64,000 nucleotides of DNA from Dehalococcoidia bacterium (lineage in GTDB: Bacteria; Chloroflexota; Dehalococcoidia; Plut-88900). The DNA lies in the NCBI GenBank assembly GCA_965197585.1, contig OZ240215.1:1728001-1792000 (forward strand). Reading direction: 5' to 3'. Position 1 is the first letter of the stretch. Every line of letters begins with the position of its first letter. The position numbers were made by a program, and so were the translations under genes. Shown piece by piece: positions 28,179 through 37,619 of the stretch. The notes beneath the pieces were generated by a model, which did no database searches, was not told where the DNA came from, and saw nothing but the letters and a program-made list of their open reading frames with translations.

Positions 28179-29858
28179 TTATCCCGTGACCTTCAGCGTC
28201 CTCAACCTGTTAATCGCCGCCGCCAGTTCCTGAGGCCGGAAATACGCCAAATTGCCGGGGAGGGGCCGAGGCGTCAACGCATCTAACCCCGAATCCTCAA
28301 TCACCCTCTGCACTTCATCGATGATACCCCTCACATCCGTCCCGCTGGTCCTTACCATTTCTGCCATGGCCTGACCTATAGCCTCTACCTGCCCGTGCTC
28401 CACTAGCTGTTCCACCGCCGTTAGATCGATGTCGCTCTCCCCGTAAGTCAGCGTCTTCAACCCCCGAGGCCGCGTATATGACGACCTCCGGCCCTTCACC
28501 GCGTTCAACGTTCCGGGCATGGGTTTCCTTCTCAATGATGGCTCGAACGCGCCCGCCTGCGCTCCTTTTCTCCCTGTCGGGTAGACCCGAGCCACCTCCC
28601 GAGCCTCCTTAGTCGAGTCCACCGGCACGTATTCCACCATCGATATCACCGTGTCAGCCGCCTCGAAGTAGTCCCCCGAGCCCCCCATCACCAGCACTGT
28701 CGACACCCCGTGCTCCGTGTACATCTGCCTAACCCGGTCCAGAAACGGCGTTATCGGCTCGTGCCCCTTCTCTATCAGCGCCTCCATCCTTCGGTCCCGG
28801 ATCATGAAGTTCGTCGCCGAGGAGTCCTCGTCCAACAGCAATACCCTGCACCCCGACTCCAGCGCCTCGATGATGTTAGCCGCCTGTGACGTAGCCCCGC
28901 TCGCGTTTGGCGTGCTGAACTGCCTGGTATCAAGGCCGCCCGGCAGACCCGATATGAACGGCGATATGTCCACGCCCGCCACACTTCGCCCATCTTCCGC
29001 CCTGATCTTTACCGCCGTAGGGTCCGTCACTACCAGCTCCCGACCATCCCCCGGTACGTGGTTGTATACGCCCCTTTCCAGCGACCTCAACAATGTCGAC
29101 TTCCCGTGAAACCCGCCCCCGACTATCAGCGTGACTCCCTTAGGAACCCCCATCCCCACCACCCGACCCCTATTAGGCAGCGTGAACTCCCGACGTAACG
29201 TCTCCGGCGAACGGAACGGAATTCCTCCGGCCAAAGGCCCGGCCTCCACCCCGCGCTTTCTGGGAAGTATGCTGCCATCCGCCACAAACGCCACTAACCC
29301 CGCCACGTCCAGCATGCCTCTCAGACTGTCCGCGTCCTCTGCTGCCAGCACGTGCCTCGTCACCGCATCTCCGTCTACATTCTCGTACAGCAGCGACGCG
29401 TACACTGCTTCCGGCAGCCGTCTCACCAGAATGTCCTCCGCCTCCCGACCCAGCACCCTCCTCCCCGCCGCTGGCAGCCCAACCAGGAATCGCACCTCCA
29501 CCGACTCCCCATCTACCAGCACCGCGCTCCTCTCCAAAACCTCTTGCCCTGGTAAAGTCGCCGGCCTCATCCCCCCGTCCCTCGTTGCCACCCTACCAAG
29601 AGCCCCGATCCACGATCTCAATATCCAATCCCGCAGTGCTATCTCCCGGGACCTGGACTCAAACAGATGTGCCGGGAACCGAGCCACTCTCTGCGGCACC
29701 CTAACATGAACTCTGCTCGGCGATGCGAACGGGTCTCCCTGCACGTGGTCGATGTTCAGCGTGAACACGTCGAAAGCGAACCGCTGACCGATCAGCTCCT
29801 TGTACGCCCCGTACCCCCGACCATCGATCTCCCTCAATATTGACCTGAGTCTCTCCAC
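28179..29858 (-). CDS. Predicted ATPase of the ABC class (COG3044-like)
   Basis: HVQGDPFA, GGGFHGKST, KIRAEDGR and DEDSSATNFMIRD motifs. Confidence 0.88.
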   Translation of the reverse strand: MERLRSILREIDGRGYGAYKELIGQRFAFDVFTLNIDHVQGDPFASPSRVHVRVPQRVARFPAHLFESRSREIALRDWILRSWIGALGRVATRDGGMRPATLPGQEVLERSAVLVDGESVEVRFLVGLPAAGRRVLGREAEDILVRRLPEAVYASLLYENVDGDAVTRHVLAAEDADSLRGMLDVAGLVAFVADGSILPRKRGVEAGPLAGGIPFRSPETLRREFTLPNRGRVVGMGVPKGVTLIVGGGFHGKSTLLRSLERGVYNHVPGDGRELVVTDPTAVKIRAEDGRSVAGVDISPFISGLPGGLDTRQFSTPNASGATSQAANIIEALESGCRVLLLDEDSSATNFMIRDRRMEALIEKGHEPITPFLDRVRQMYTEHGVSTVLVMGGSGDYFEAADTVISMVEYVPVDSTKEAREVARVYPTGRKGAQAGAFEPSLRRKPMPGTLNAVKGRRSSYTRPRGLKTLTYGESDIDLTAVEQLVEHGQVEAIGQAMAEMVRTSGTDVRGIIDEVQRVIEDSGLDALTPRPLPGNLAYFRPQELAAAINRLRTLKVTG

Positions 29859-29978
29859 GTATCTCTCCGGTCCCGTCTTTTATTTCCTGCGATAATGTGA
29901 GAAAACTATATCAGCCCCTTCAACACACAGGGGCGATCTCCACAACCCTATTTCTACTGACCCCCATAAGGAGCAAAC

Positions 29979-32573
29979 ATGGCGACCGGCCCCGCCCGAC
30001 AACTACCCAACTCCGTCCTTCCCAAGAAATACCGTCTTTCCCTCACCCCCGACCTCCAGAACTTCACTTTCGAGGGCCAGCTCGACGTCGATGTGAACAT
30101 AGAAATCCCAGTCACTGACATCGTACTCAACGCCGCGGAGCTTACACTCCACGAGGCAACTCTTTCTCAGGGGGAAACCACAATCCAGGCTCGCTCAATT
30201 GCCGTCGATGGAGAAGCCGAAACGGCTACCATCACCCTGGAGGCGGAGGCCGTCCCCGGCCCCGCCACCCTGTCCATCTCCTATCGTGGCACCCTTAATG
30301 ACCAACTTAAAGGCTTTTACCGCAGCCGCTACCAGGACACCGAGGGCAACGAGCAGTACCTTGCAACCACTCAATTTGAGGCCACCGACGCCCGACGCGC
30401 GCTGCCATGCTGGGACGAACCCGCTCTCAAGGCAACTTTCCAGGTCTCCATGACTGTCCCGTCTAACCTCACCGCCGTCTCCAATACCCCTGCGGTAAGT
30501 GAGTCCGACGCGGGGAATGGCCTAAGGACAGTCTCCTTCGCAGAAACTCCTCGCATGTCCACCTATCTCCTGGCCTTCATCGTCGGTGACCTCGCCAGCG
30601 TAGAAGCCACCGCACCTAACGGTACCCTCATGCGTGTCTTCGCCACCCGAGGCAATGAGCATCTCGGCCAATTTGCCCTCGATACCGCCATTCGTCTCCT
30701 GGAGTATTACAACGACTATTTCGGCATCCCCTATCCCTTGGATAAGCTCGACCACTTCGCCATCCCCGACTTCGCCGCCGGAGCTATGGAGAACTGGGGT
30801 GCGATCACATACCGTGAGGTAGCCCTCCTCTTCGACCCCGATAACTCCGCCGCCCCGACCCGGCAGCGCATCGTCGAGATCATCGCCCACGAAATGGCCC
30901 ACATGTGGTTCGGCGACCTCGTTACCATGGACTGGTGGGACGACCTATGGCTCAACGAAAGCTTCGCCTCTTGGATGGGCAACAAAGCCACCGACGCCCT
31001 CTACCCCGAGTGGTCAATGTGGACACAGTTTTTGTATCAGGATATCGGTGAGGGCCTCCGCATTGACGCTCTTCGCAATTCGCACCCCATCGAGGCCAAC
31101 GTCAAGGATCCCGGAGAAATCCGGGAAATATTCGACGCCATTTCTTACAGCAAGGGTGCTTCCATTCTCTGGATGCTCGAGCAGTATCTTGGTGAAGACG
31201 CCTTCCGAAAAGGCCTTCACGCCTACCTCTCCCGACACATGTACGGCAACGCCCGTGGCGCCGACCTCTGGCAGGCCATGGAAGACGAGTCCGGTCAGCC
31301 CGTCATTTCGCTCATGGACTCCTGGATCAAGCAGACTGGCTTCCCCGTCCTCACCGTCGAGACCTCCACGGACGGCAAATCTTTGAATCTAACCCAAGAA
31401 CGCTTCCTGTACGACCGCCTCGCCGGTCAGGACCCCGGCCCCACCACCTGGAAGGTCCCTGTCAGTGTCATCACCTCCGATAGCGCTCCCATCCCACCTG
31501 TCCTTATGGAAAGTTCCAGTATTACAATCCCTGGAGAGCCGGAAACCGGTGAGAGTCGTTGGACTAAAGTTAACCCTGGCCAAACGGGCTTCTACCGAGT
31601 CCGCTACTCCCCCGACGCCCTCTCCCCCCTACTCGATGCTGCCTCCTCACTCGAGCTTCCTCCTATCGACCGCCTCGGCCTTCAGTCTGATCTCTTTGCC
31701 CTCGTGCGCGCCGGTATGGAGCCCGCAACCCGATACCTGGACCTCGTCGGCGCCTACAAAGCCGAGACCGACGCCACAGTATGGACCGACCTGTCCACCA
31801 ACCTCCGCGAGCTCGAAGTCCTCCTCGCCGACCACCCGTCCCTAGATCAGCTGCGGGCCTTCAATAAGTCCGTCTATGAAGACATTGCGTCACGGCTTGG
31901 CTGGGAAGAGTCTCCCGGCGAAGGCCACCTCGACGCCCTGCTCCGCACTACTGTCCTGGCCCGCGCAGGCGGCCTCGGTAACGAGTCCGTCTTGGAAGAG
32001 GCCCGAGATCGCTTTCAGGAATCCTTGCGGGATCCCGCCTCCCTCCGCGCCGACATCAGGGGCGTCGTCTACTCCCTAGTCGCCCTGGACGCCGACCGCG
32101 ACCTCTACGACACTCTCTGGGACATGGAAAAGAAGGCCACCCTCCAGGAAGAGAAGCGTCGCCTTCTCGGTGCCGTCTCCCGCCCCAGGGACCCGATTCT
32201 CCTGCAGGATACCCTTAAACGTTCCCTCTCCGACGATGTCCGTTCCCAGGACACCCCCCTCGTAATCATCAGCGTCGCCGCTAACCGATTCGGCCGGGAC
32301 CTGACCTGGGACTTCGTCAAGGAGAACTGGTCCGAATTCGACCACCGCTATGGCAAAGGCGGCTTCATGATAATGCGCCTCGTCTCCATCACTGAAGACT
32401 TCACCACACTAGAGAGAGCTGACGAAGTAGAGGCCTTCTTCGAGGCCAACCCGGTTGCCGGCGCCCAGCGCACCGTACAACAGTCCCTGGAGAGCATCCG
32501 CCTCAACGCCCGTTGGCTAGACCTAAACGCCGACCCAATCACCAACTGGCTAAACACCCACCCCTCCATGTAG
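29979..32573 (+). CDS. pepN: M1-family aminopeptidase (aminopeptidase N / puromycin-sensitive type)
   Basis: GAMENWG and HEMAH-X18-E zinc motif; ERAP1-like C-terminal domain. Confidence 0.95.
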   Translation: MATGPARQLPNSVLPKKYRLSLTPDLQNFTFEGQLDVDVNIEIPVTDIVLNAAELTLHEATLSQGETTIQARSIAVDGEAETATITLEAEAVPGPATLSISYRGTLNDQLKGFYRSRYQDTEGNEQYLATTQFEATDARRALPCWDEPALKATFQVSMTVPSNLTAVSNTPAVSESDAGNGLRTVSFAETPRMSTYLLAFIVGDLASVEATAPNGTLMRVFATRGNEHLGQFALDTAIRLLEYYNDYFGIPYPLDKLDHFAIPDFAAGAMENWGAITYREVALLFDPDNSAAPTRQRIVEIIAHEMAHMWFGDLVTMDWWDDLWLNESFASWMGNKATDALYPEWSMWTQFLYQDIGEGLRIDALRNSHPIEANVKDPGEIREIFDAISYSKGASILWMLEQYLGEDAFRKGLHAYLSRHMYGNARGADLWQAMEDESGQPVISLMDSWIKQTGFPVLTVETSTDGKSLNLTQERFLYDRLAGQDPGPTTWKVPVSVITSDSAPIPPVLMESSSITIPGEPETGESRWTKVNPGQTGFYRVRYSPDALSPLLDAASSLELPPIDRLGLQSDLFALVRAGMEPATRYLDLVGAYKAETDATVWTDLSTNLRELEVLLADHPSLDQLRAFNKSVYEDIASRLGWEESPGEGHLDALLRTTVLARAGGLGNESVLEEARDRFQESLRDPASLRADIRGVVYSLVALDADRDLYDTLWDMEKKATLQEEKRRLLGAVSRPRDPILLQDTLKRSLSDDVRSQDTPLVIISVAANRFGRDLTWDFVKENWSEFDHRYGKGGFMIMRLVSITEDFTTLERADEVEAFFEANPVAGAQRTVQQSLESIRLNARWLDLNADPITNWLNTHPSM

Positions 32574-32780
32574 GGGCAGCCGTTGCCCTCGGCACCGTGG
32601 AATGGCTCTTATCCCCTCTCCCTCGATGAGATCCTTGAATAACCCATTTGGGAGGAACTGGGGCCGCTCGTGCTGAGGCACTCGAAGTATGAGCGGGGGG
32701 AGGGAGGTAAGGTGATCAGGATGGCGGCACTGGCGTGAGAGGCTAGGTCAGAAGACTCGCCAAGGAGAGTGAGGGTGACC
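32570..32780 (+). repeat. REP mosaic (GTAG, TCCCCTCTCCC and GCTCGTGCTGAG types)
   Basis: Similar to 14999-15306 and 3713-3865. Confidence 0.65.
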
Positions 32781-32796
32781 CCCTACTCCCCCTGAC

Positions 32797-32836
32797 AAAA
32801 TAAAATATGGGAACCTGCCAAGCAGGTTCCCATATT
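32797..32836 (-). terminator. Intrinsic terminator
   Basis: 15-bp perfect stem AATATGGGAACCTGC/GCAGGTTCCCATATT followed by T-rich sequence on the minus strand. Confidence 0.75.
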
Positions 32837-32875
32837 CCTAAATGCATGTGCGGGCGAGTCAAACTTATCCCCGTC

Positions 32876-33847
32876 TCACAGCACTTCCTTCAACCCTTCC
32901 TCCAGCTCGTCCAAAGATGCGTATCCCTCGTACTTCGCTCTTATCAACCCATCCTCGTCGATGATGAACACCCAAGATTCATTCAGGTATTCATCGGGCT
33001 CAGTTAAGCCCCAGTCCACTACCACGGGTGAGTATATCCCCATATCGAGGCTCGACTGGATTTCTACCGGGTTGTCGTAGATTTCAACGTGAATGAAGTT
33101 GGCCTGCTCTGCATACAGGTTTTTCAGCTCAGTGACGGTGTCAACCTGAGGCCCACACGTCGGCGATGTGCAGAACCCGGGGCTCGACATCACCACTACA
33201 GACGGCATCCCCGATTCTAGTGCCTCCGCTATGGTTAGTTGGTACAGGTCGATATCTGCCCGAGGCCAGGTTGTTATCTCCGTCAATCCCGCCTCGTCCA
33301 TCGCCGTTTTGTTAACCGTAAGAGGTGGTGTAGAGCCAATAGTCGGCGTGAAGGTTGCCTCTTTGACCTCTACATCCATCACCGCGGAAGCCAAAGTCTC
33401 CTCACCCCGAGCTATCACGGCTTCGACCTGCCAGTCGCCGACCTTGTCGAAAGTCATCTCCGAGACATAGTTCCCCCGGGTTCCGAACGGCCACAAGTGG
33501 AACCTCCCCGTCACCTTTTCCACCTCATCCCCATCGTACAGGCTCCTCACCTGAATCTGGGGCAGCGTCACCAGTCCCTCAGAAGTTTGAAGCACGAAGG
33601 AAATTCTGTTGGTCCCGACACCCAGGTCTTTGGTTCCCAACAGCCCTTCTAGGTCCGGGAAAGTAAGCGCTGCCATTGCCGCTGGGGTTTCCGTGGGAGC
33701 CTCCGAAATAGCCTCAGTGGGGGTTGTCGGTGGCGTCGCAGTCGCGGGTGTTGCTCCTCCACCACAGGCCTGCAATGCTAGCAGGCCGGCTGCTAGGGCG
33801 AGTACAAGAATGGCCAGTCTCCTGGCCCTTCGAGTCTTCTGACCCAT
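32876..33847 (-). CDS. Lipoprotein with C-terminal thioredoxin-like domain (CTSPTC)
   Basis: Signal peptide ending LQAC, Thr/Pro linker, FIHVEIY...W.FIIDEDG.I redoxin-like tail. Confidence 0.75.
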   Translation of the reverse strand: MGQKTRRARRLAILVLALAAGLLALQACGGGATPATATPPTTPTEAISEAPTETPAAMAALTFPDLEGLLGTKDLGVGTNRISFVLQTSEGLVTLPQIQVRSLYDGDEVEKVTGRFHLWPFGTRGNYVSEMTFDKVGDWQVEAVIARGEETLASAVMDVEVKEATFTPTIGSTPPLTVNKTAMDEAGLTEITTWPRADIDLYQLTIAEALESGMPSVVVMSSPGFCTSPTCGPQVDTVTELKNLYAEQANFIHVEIYDNPVEIQSSLDMGIYSPVVVDWGLTEPDEYLNESWVFIIDEDGLIRAKYEGYASLDELEEGLKEVL

Positions 33848-33848
33848 T

Positions 33849-35117
33849 TTAGAAGCCCGTGGCGTAGGATCCGAACGTGAATGCAAAGACATTGAAGTCC
33901 TCTGAATTGGAGCTAAGTTTCAGTTCGTGGCTCCCGTACGCCGGTAACCGTATCAGGCTGTACAACCTCGGCTCGTCCACTGTAATCACCGTCATATCTT
34001 CCCCGTTCAGACGCAAGTCATCGCCCCAAGCTTCCTGTGTTACAGGTTTATCGTCAATGGTTATAACCACGTCGTATGGGTCCGCACCCTCGGTGTTGAT
34101 TACGACATTTACAGACGTGCCGAAGAACTTAAGGGCTATGTAGTCCTCCAGGTTCTCAGTTGCCCTGCCGTGCTCAATGCTCTCCGGGCCGTTAACCCAG
34201 AGCCCCTCCAAGTACAGGTAGTGGTTCCTGTGCTGGCCCGGGTCTTCGTATTCATTTGAGGTGTTAAAGTCCGTGAAGAAGTACTCATTGTTGCCGTAAT
34301 ACGGTATCTGCGCTCCCATGTTCCGGTCGGTGCCGGCATACAGCTCTCGAGTCTGGAGAACCCTGCCATCCTCGTCGAAGGCCCCTTCGTCTAGCTCCGG
34401 CCCTGCGTCCCTATTCGCCTGGATGTCGGACACGTCAGCCCCGATCTCCTCAAGCAGGTCCCGGATCCATTCTTCAGTCTCGTCATACCGACCTTCTCCG
34501 AAGTGCCGGTAACGGATCACACCTTCGTGGTCTATCAGGTATTTGGCCGGCCAGTACCGGTTGTTATACGACCGCCACGTCCTGAAGTCGTTGTCCTGCG
34601 CCATCCGCCAGCCCAGGTCGTGCTGTTCTACCGCCGCCACGACGTTGTCGAAGTCTTTCTCGAACTCGAACTCCGGCGTGTGTACTCCGACTATATTCAG
34701 GCCCAAGTCGGCATACTTCTCATGCCATTCTCTAAGGTAAGGCAGCGTCCTGAGACAGTTGACGCAGGTGTATGTCCAAAAGTCGACTAGAACAACCTCT
34801 CCCCGAAGGCTGGCCAGGGTGAACTCATCGGTGTTGACCCACCCGGATATGCCACTCAGGTCAGGCGCGAGGCTTCCCACCTCTCCAGCCACTTCCGAGA
34901 ACACTTTCGGCGTGGGCGTCTCCACCGACCCCGAGGGCGTAGCAGTAGGATCTGTCGTGGCTGTGGGGTCCTGCGTATCCTCTTCCGTGGCTGTAGCAGT
35001 ATTGTCCTCACCCGCAGGGGCGCTCTCATTTCCGCACGCAGCCGCTGTTACTGCCAGAATCAGCAGAACGGCAACCAATCCCAGCCCCATCCTCGTCAAT
35101 CGGAGATATTTCCTCAT
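33849..35117 (-). CDS. DipZ-like thioredoxin/redoxin lipoprotein
   Basis: Lipobox AAAC, DFWTYTCVNC, GVHTPEFEFEK, YWPAKY, C-terminal FTFG. Confidence 0.88.
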   Translation of the reverse strand: MRKYLRLTRMGLGLVAVLLILAVTAAACGNESAPAGEDNTATATEEDTQDPTATTDPTATPSGSVETPTPKVFSEVAGEVGSLAPDLSGISGWVNTDEFTLASLRGEVVLVDFWTYTCVNCLRTLPYLREWHEKYADLGLNIVGVHTPEFEFEKDFDNVVAAVEQHDLGWRMAQDNDFRTWRSYNNRYWPAKYLIDHEGVIRYRHFGEGRYDETEEWIRDLLEEIGADVSDIQANRDAGPELDEGAFDEDGRVLQTRELYAGTDRNMGAQIPYYGNNEYFFTDFNTSNEYEDPGQHRNHYLYLEGLWVNGPESIEHGRATENLEDYIALKFFGTSVNVVINTEGADPYDVVITIDDKPVTQEAWGDDLRLNGEDMTVITVDEPRLYSLIRLPAYGSHELKLSSNSEDFNVFAFTFGSYATGF

Positions 35118-35259
35118 ATTGGCCCTCTCAATGGTCTACCTGGATGTTCGGCCCCTGGCCCGCGCCCCAGTCTTGAAGTTCCGCACCATACATCATCATC
35201 TTGTCCAGATTAGATAACGTTCAGGATCGGCAAAGGTAATGTGTAAAATCGCATCTACC

Positions 35260-36546
35260 TTAATTTTGCCATATTACGCCGGCCACTGAGACCAAAGACC
35301 CACCCATAGGGTCCGCCGGACACTGATCATACGCCGTAACCTTCCCCGACACCCCCTCTCCCAGCACCCGAAGCGCCAGGTATATAGGCGTCAATCCGCA
35401 AATGCGCCTCTGGTCCTGCTCTTTCCGTATCCCTTCCAGGAAACCCTCGGCATCTCCATTACAGGCAGCCTCCAGAGACAGGTCGTCGGCTCTCTTGAGA
35501 GCCGCACGTTCACTCCGAGCCCACGGCGCGGGATCCCCGAAAGCCGGGCCCACGTGCGCCAGGTCCCCCGCTGCTATCACCAAGGTCTTTCGACTCGCCA
35601 TCACCCCTCGCAACTCCGACACCACAAAATCAAACGCCGCTTCCCCCTCCACCACCCCACCCCCGTGAACGTACCTACCCATATGACCGCACAATACTGG
35701 CAGCACGTAAGGCACACACCCCTTGGGATTTCCCTTCCTAACCAGGTAGTGCAGCCAGACCAGTGCCAACTCTATCGAGTGCTCCTTGATGTGGTGTTCT
35801 TCTTCCTCAAACGCAGACTCCCCACCCAACCCCGTCACCAAAGACTTCACCAGCCCCTTGTCCGTGGGAAGCGAGCCCCACGGTGTCGCGTAATTTTGAA
35901 GCGTAGGAGTTATCTTGCAGTCTCCCCCTGCATGGTCCGTCCCGAGAATTATCGCCAATTCACACTCTGCCGCCGCAGCGGAAACATGCCGCCAAGTCTT
36001 CGCATAGCTCCGGTGACCCCGGTGATAATCAATATGCGGACTCAACACCCCTACAATCCCAGCGTTCATCCCCTCTCCCTTGACGGGAGAGGGCAAGGGT
36101 GAGGGTGAGTTTTTGGGCTCCTCCCCCACCTCCTCCATGTACCCATCCAACGTCTCCTCCAAAGCAACCGGGTCCGCCGGATAGCTGGGCCCGGCCAAAG
36201 CTGAAGCCCTGTACGGCAAACCTCGGTACGTCTCCACAACCCGCGCGCGAGCCTCCTCGAACCGGGGCCCTTCCAGCAGCAGAGCCTCGTCCAGGCGGCC
36301 AAAGAACGCATCCACCTGCTCCTGAGTAATCGAAAGCCTGTGAAGCAGCATAGCCGCCGTTCTGATGCGTGGTAGGTCCCTCTGCCCGTCGCTGAGAGCC
36401 AAGAGAGGAATCAACTGCACCGGTACAATAAGCTCCTCCCCCGAAAGCGACATCGGGTCCCGCAAATGCAGATACTCCCGACCACCCTGCTGCACCCTTT
36501 TAATATCCAAGGCCCTGAGCTTGGGCCGCAGTTCCAAGCCTCTCAT
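35260..36546 (-). CDS. amrB: AmmeMemoRadiSam system protein B (MEMO1 family) with N-terminal extension
   Basis: PHIDY, GTDH, EHSIEL, GDLAHVG and ICG motifs. Confidence 0.88.
   Translation of the reverse strand: MRGLELRPKLRALDIKRVQQGGREYLHLRDPMSLSGEELIVPVQLIPLLALSDGQRDLPRIRTAAMLLHRLSITQEQVDAFFGRLDEALLLEGPRFEEARARVVETYRGLPYRASALAGPSYPADPVALEETLDGYMEEVGEEPKNSPSPLPSPVKGEGMNAGIVGVLSPHIDYHRGHRSYAKTWRHVSAAAAECELAIILGTDHAGGDCKITPTLQNYATPWGSLPTDKGLVKSLVTGLGGESAFEEEEHHIKEHSIELALVWLHYLVRKGNPKGCVPYVLPVLCGHMGRYVHGGGVVEGEAAFDFVVSELRGVMASRKTLVIAAGDLAHVGPAFGDPAPWARSERAALKRADDLSLEAACNGDAEGFLEGIRKEQDQRRICGLTPIYLALRVLGEGVSGKVTAYDQCPADPMGGSLVSVAGVIWQN
36069..36108 (+). repeat. TCCCCTCTCCC-type REP inside the MEMO1 coding sequence
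   Basis: TCCCCTCTCCCTTGACGGGAGAGGGCAAGGGTGAGGGTGA; read on the minus strand as SPSPLPSPVKGEG. Confidence 0.85.
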
Positions 36547-36551
36547 TCAGA

Positions 36552-36896
36552 TCATGACCCTAGCAGGACACGGACCTTCTCCACGACCTCTACAACAACT
36601 TGCATCGGAGCCTTGCCTGCCGGGCGTGCATTCCTTGTTATCCAGTCTAGACTCTTGATGTGATCGGCCAGCACCACACCCGAAATGGCGCTTGAGTCAG
36701 GAAGGCGCACTTCAAATGGGTAACCTTTCGCCTTAGACGTAACTGGACAGAAAAACGCAAGACCAGTCCTTCTGTTGAATCCCTCGGGACTAAGTACCAG
36801 AGCAGGCCGATATCCGCTTTGCTCTCGTCCTGCTGAAGGTTCAAAATCCAGCCAAACAAAGTCGCCCCGCGTGGGAATGTATGGACTCTCTACCAC
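36552..36896 (-). CDS. mazF: MazF/PemK endoribonuclease toxin
   Basis: YIPTRGDFVWLDFEPSAGREQSGYRPALVLS...CPVTS...KSLDW. Confidence 0.95.
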   Translation of the reverse strand: MVESPYIPTRGDFVWLDFEPSAGREQSGYRPALVLSPEGFNRRTGLAFFCPVTSKAKGYPFEVRLPDSSAISGVVLADHIKSLDWITRNARPAGKAPMQVVVEVVEKVRVLLGS

Positions 36897-37129
36897 CCTT
36901 CACGTCCCACCGCGGGTCCCGTGTCCCATTCGGGATGGAGGTTACTTGGGTCGATTTGCTCCAACATCTCCTCCAAGTCATAAACTCTCTTCCGCAGCAC
37001 AACACGGTCGCCTTCGGAGAACATCTCGATGGCTGAACCTTCTTGAACACCCCACTGTTCTGCGACAGGTTTAGGGATACGAATCGCAAGGCTTCCTCCC
37101 CACTTGGAAACGCGACTATTGGCACCCAT
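36890..37129 (-). CDS. mazE: MazE/AbrB-type antitoxin
   Basis: KWGGSLAIRIPK...YDLEEML...LHPEWDTGPAVGRE; GGAGGT RBS; overlaps mazF. Confidence 0.93.
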   Translation of the reverse strand: MGANSRVSKWGGSLAIRIPKPVAEQWGVQEGSAIEMFSEGDRVVLRKRVYDLEEMLEQIDPSNLHPEWDTGPAVGREGW

Positions 37130-37163
37130 ACAATTACCTCCTAGATAGACATATAATATATCA

Positions 37164-37544
37164 CTATATCTGTTCCCTCTCCCACTCCCACTCCCCCTCA
37201 CAAATCGTCTCCAGCCACGACACTATCCCCGACAACTTCTCATACGCCACAAGTCTCGCACTATCTTCCCCCGACTCCTCCGCCTCCGACACCACCGCCG
37301 CCATCTGCCCCACCACCCTAGGCCCTACCTCCATCACACCCTCACTCCCCGATGTCGCCCATTTAACCAACACGTACCGGGCTATCGCACCAACAGGCAG
37401 GCCCAGGCTTCGGCTCATCCCCTTCAGTGTGGGCATCGGATCTATCTGGCTATAGAGCGCCACATCCCGCTTGAAATTAGCGTCGGGATCAGCCTCGTCT
37501 ATCGAATCTTCGAAAATATCAAGCCTGATCGTCGGGTGTTCCAT
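37164..37544 (-). CDS. Hypothetical protein (DUF6027-like)
   Basis: DPDANFKRDVALY..IDPMPTL...GAIARYVLVKWATSGSEG pattern. Confidence 0.7.
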   Translation of the reverse strand: MEHPTIRLDIFEDSIDEADPDANFKRDVALYSQIDPMPTLKGMSRSLGLPVGAIARYVLVKWATSGSEGVMEVGPRVVGQMAAVVSEAEESGEDSARLVAYEKLSGIVSWLETICEGEWEWEREQI

Positions 37545-37619
37545 GCTGCATGCCTTTCTGTCTTATCTCGCAACCAATGATATAATGCGCCAACTTTCCC
37601 CGTCCCCACCCCGCCCCTC

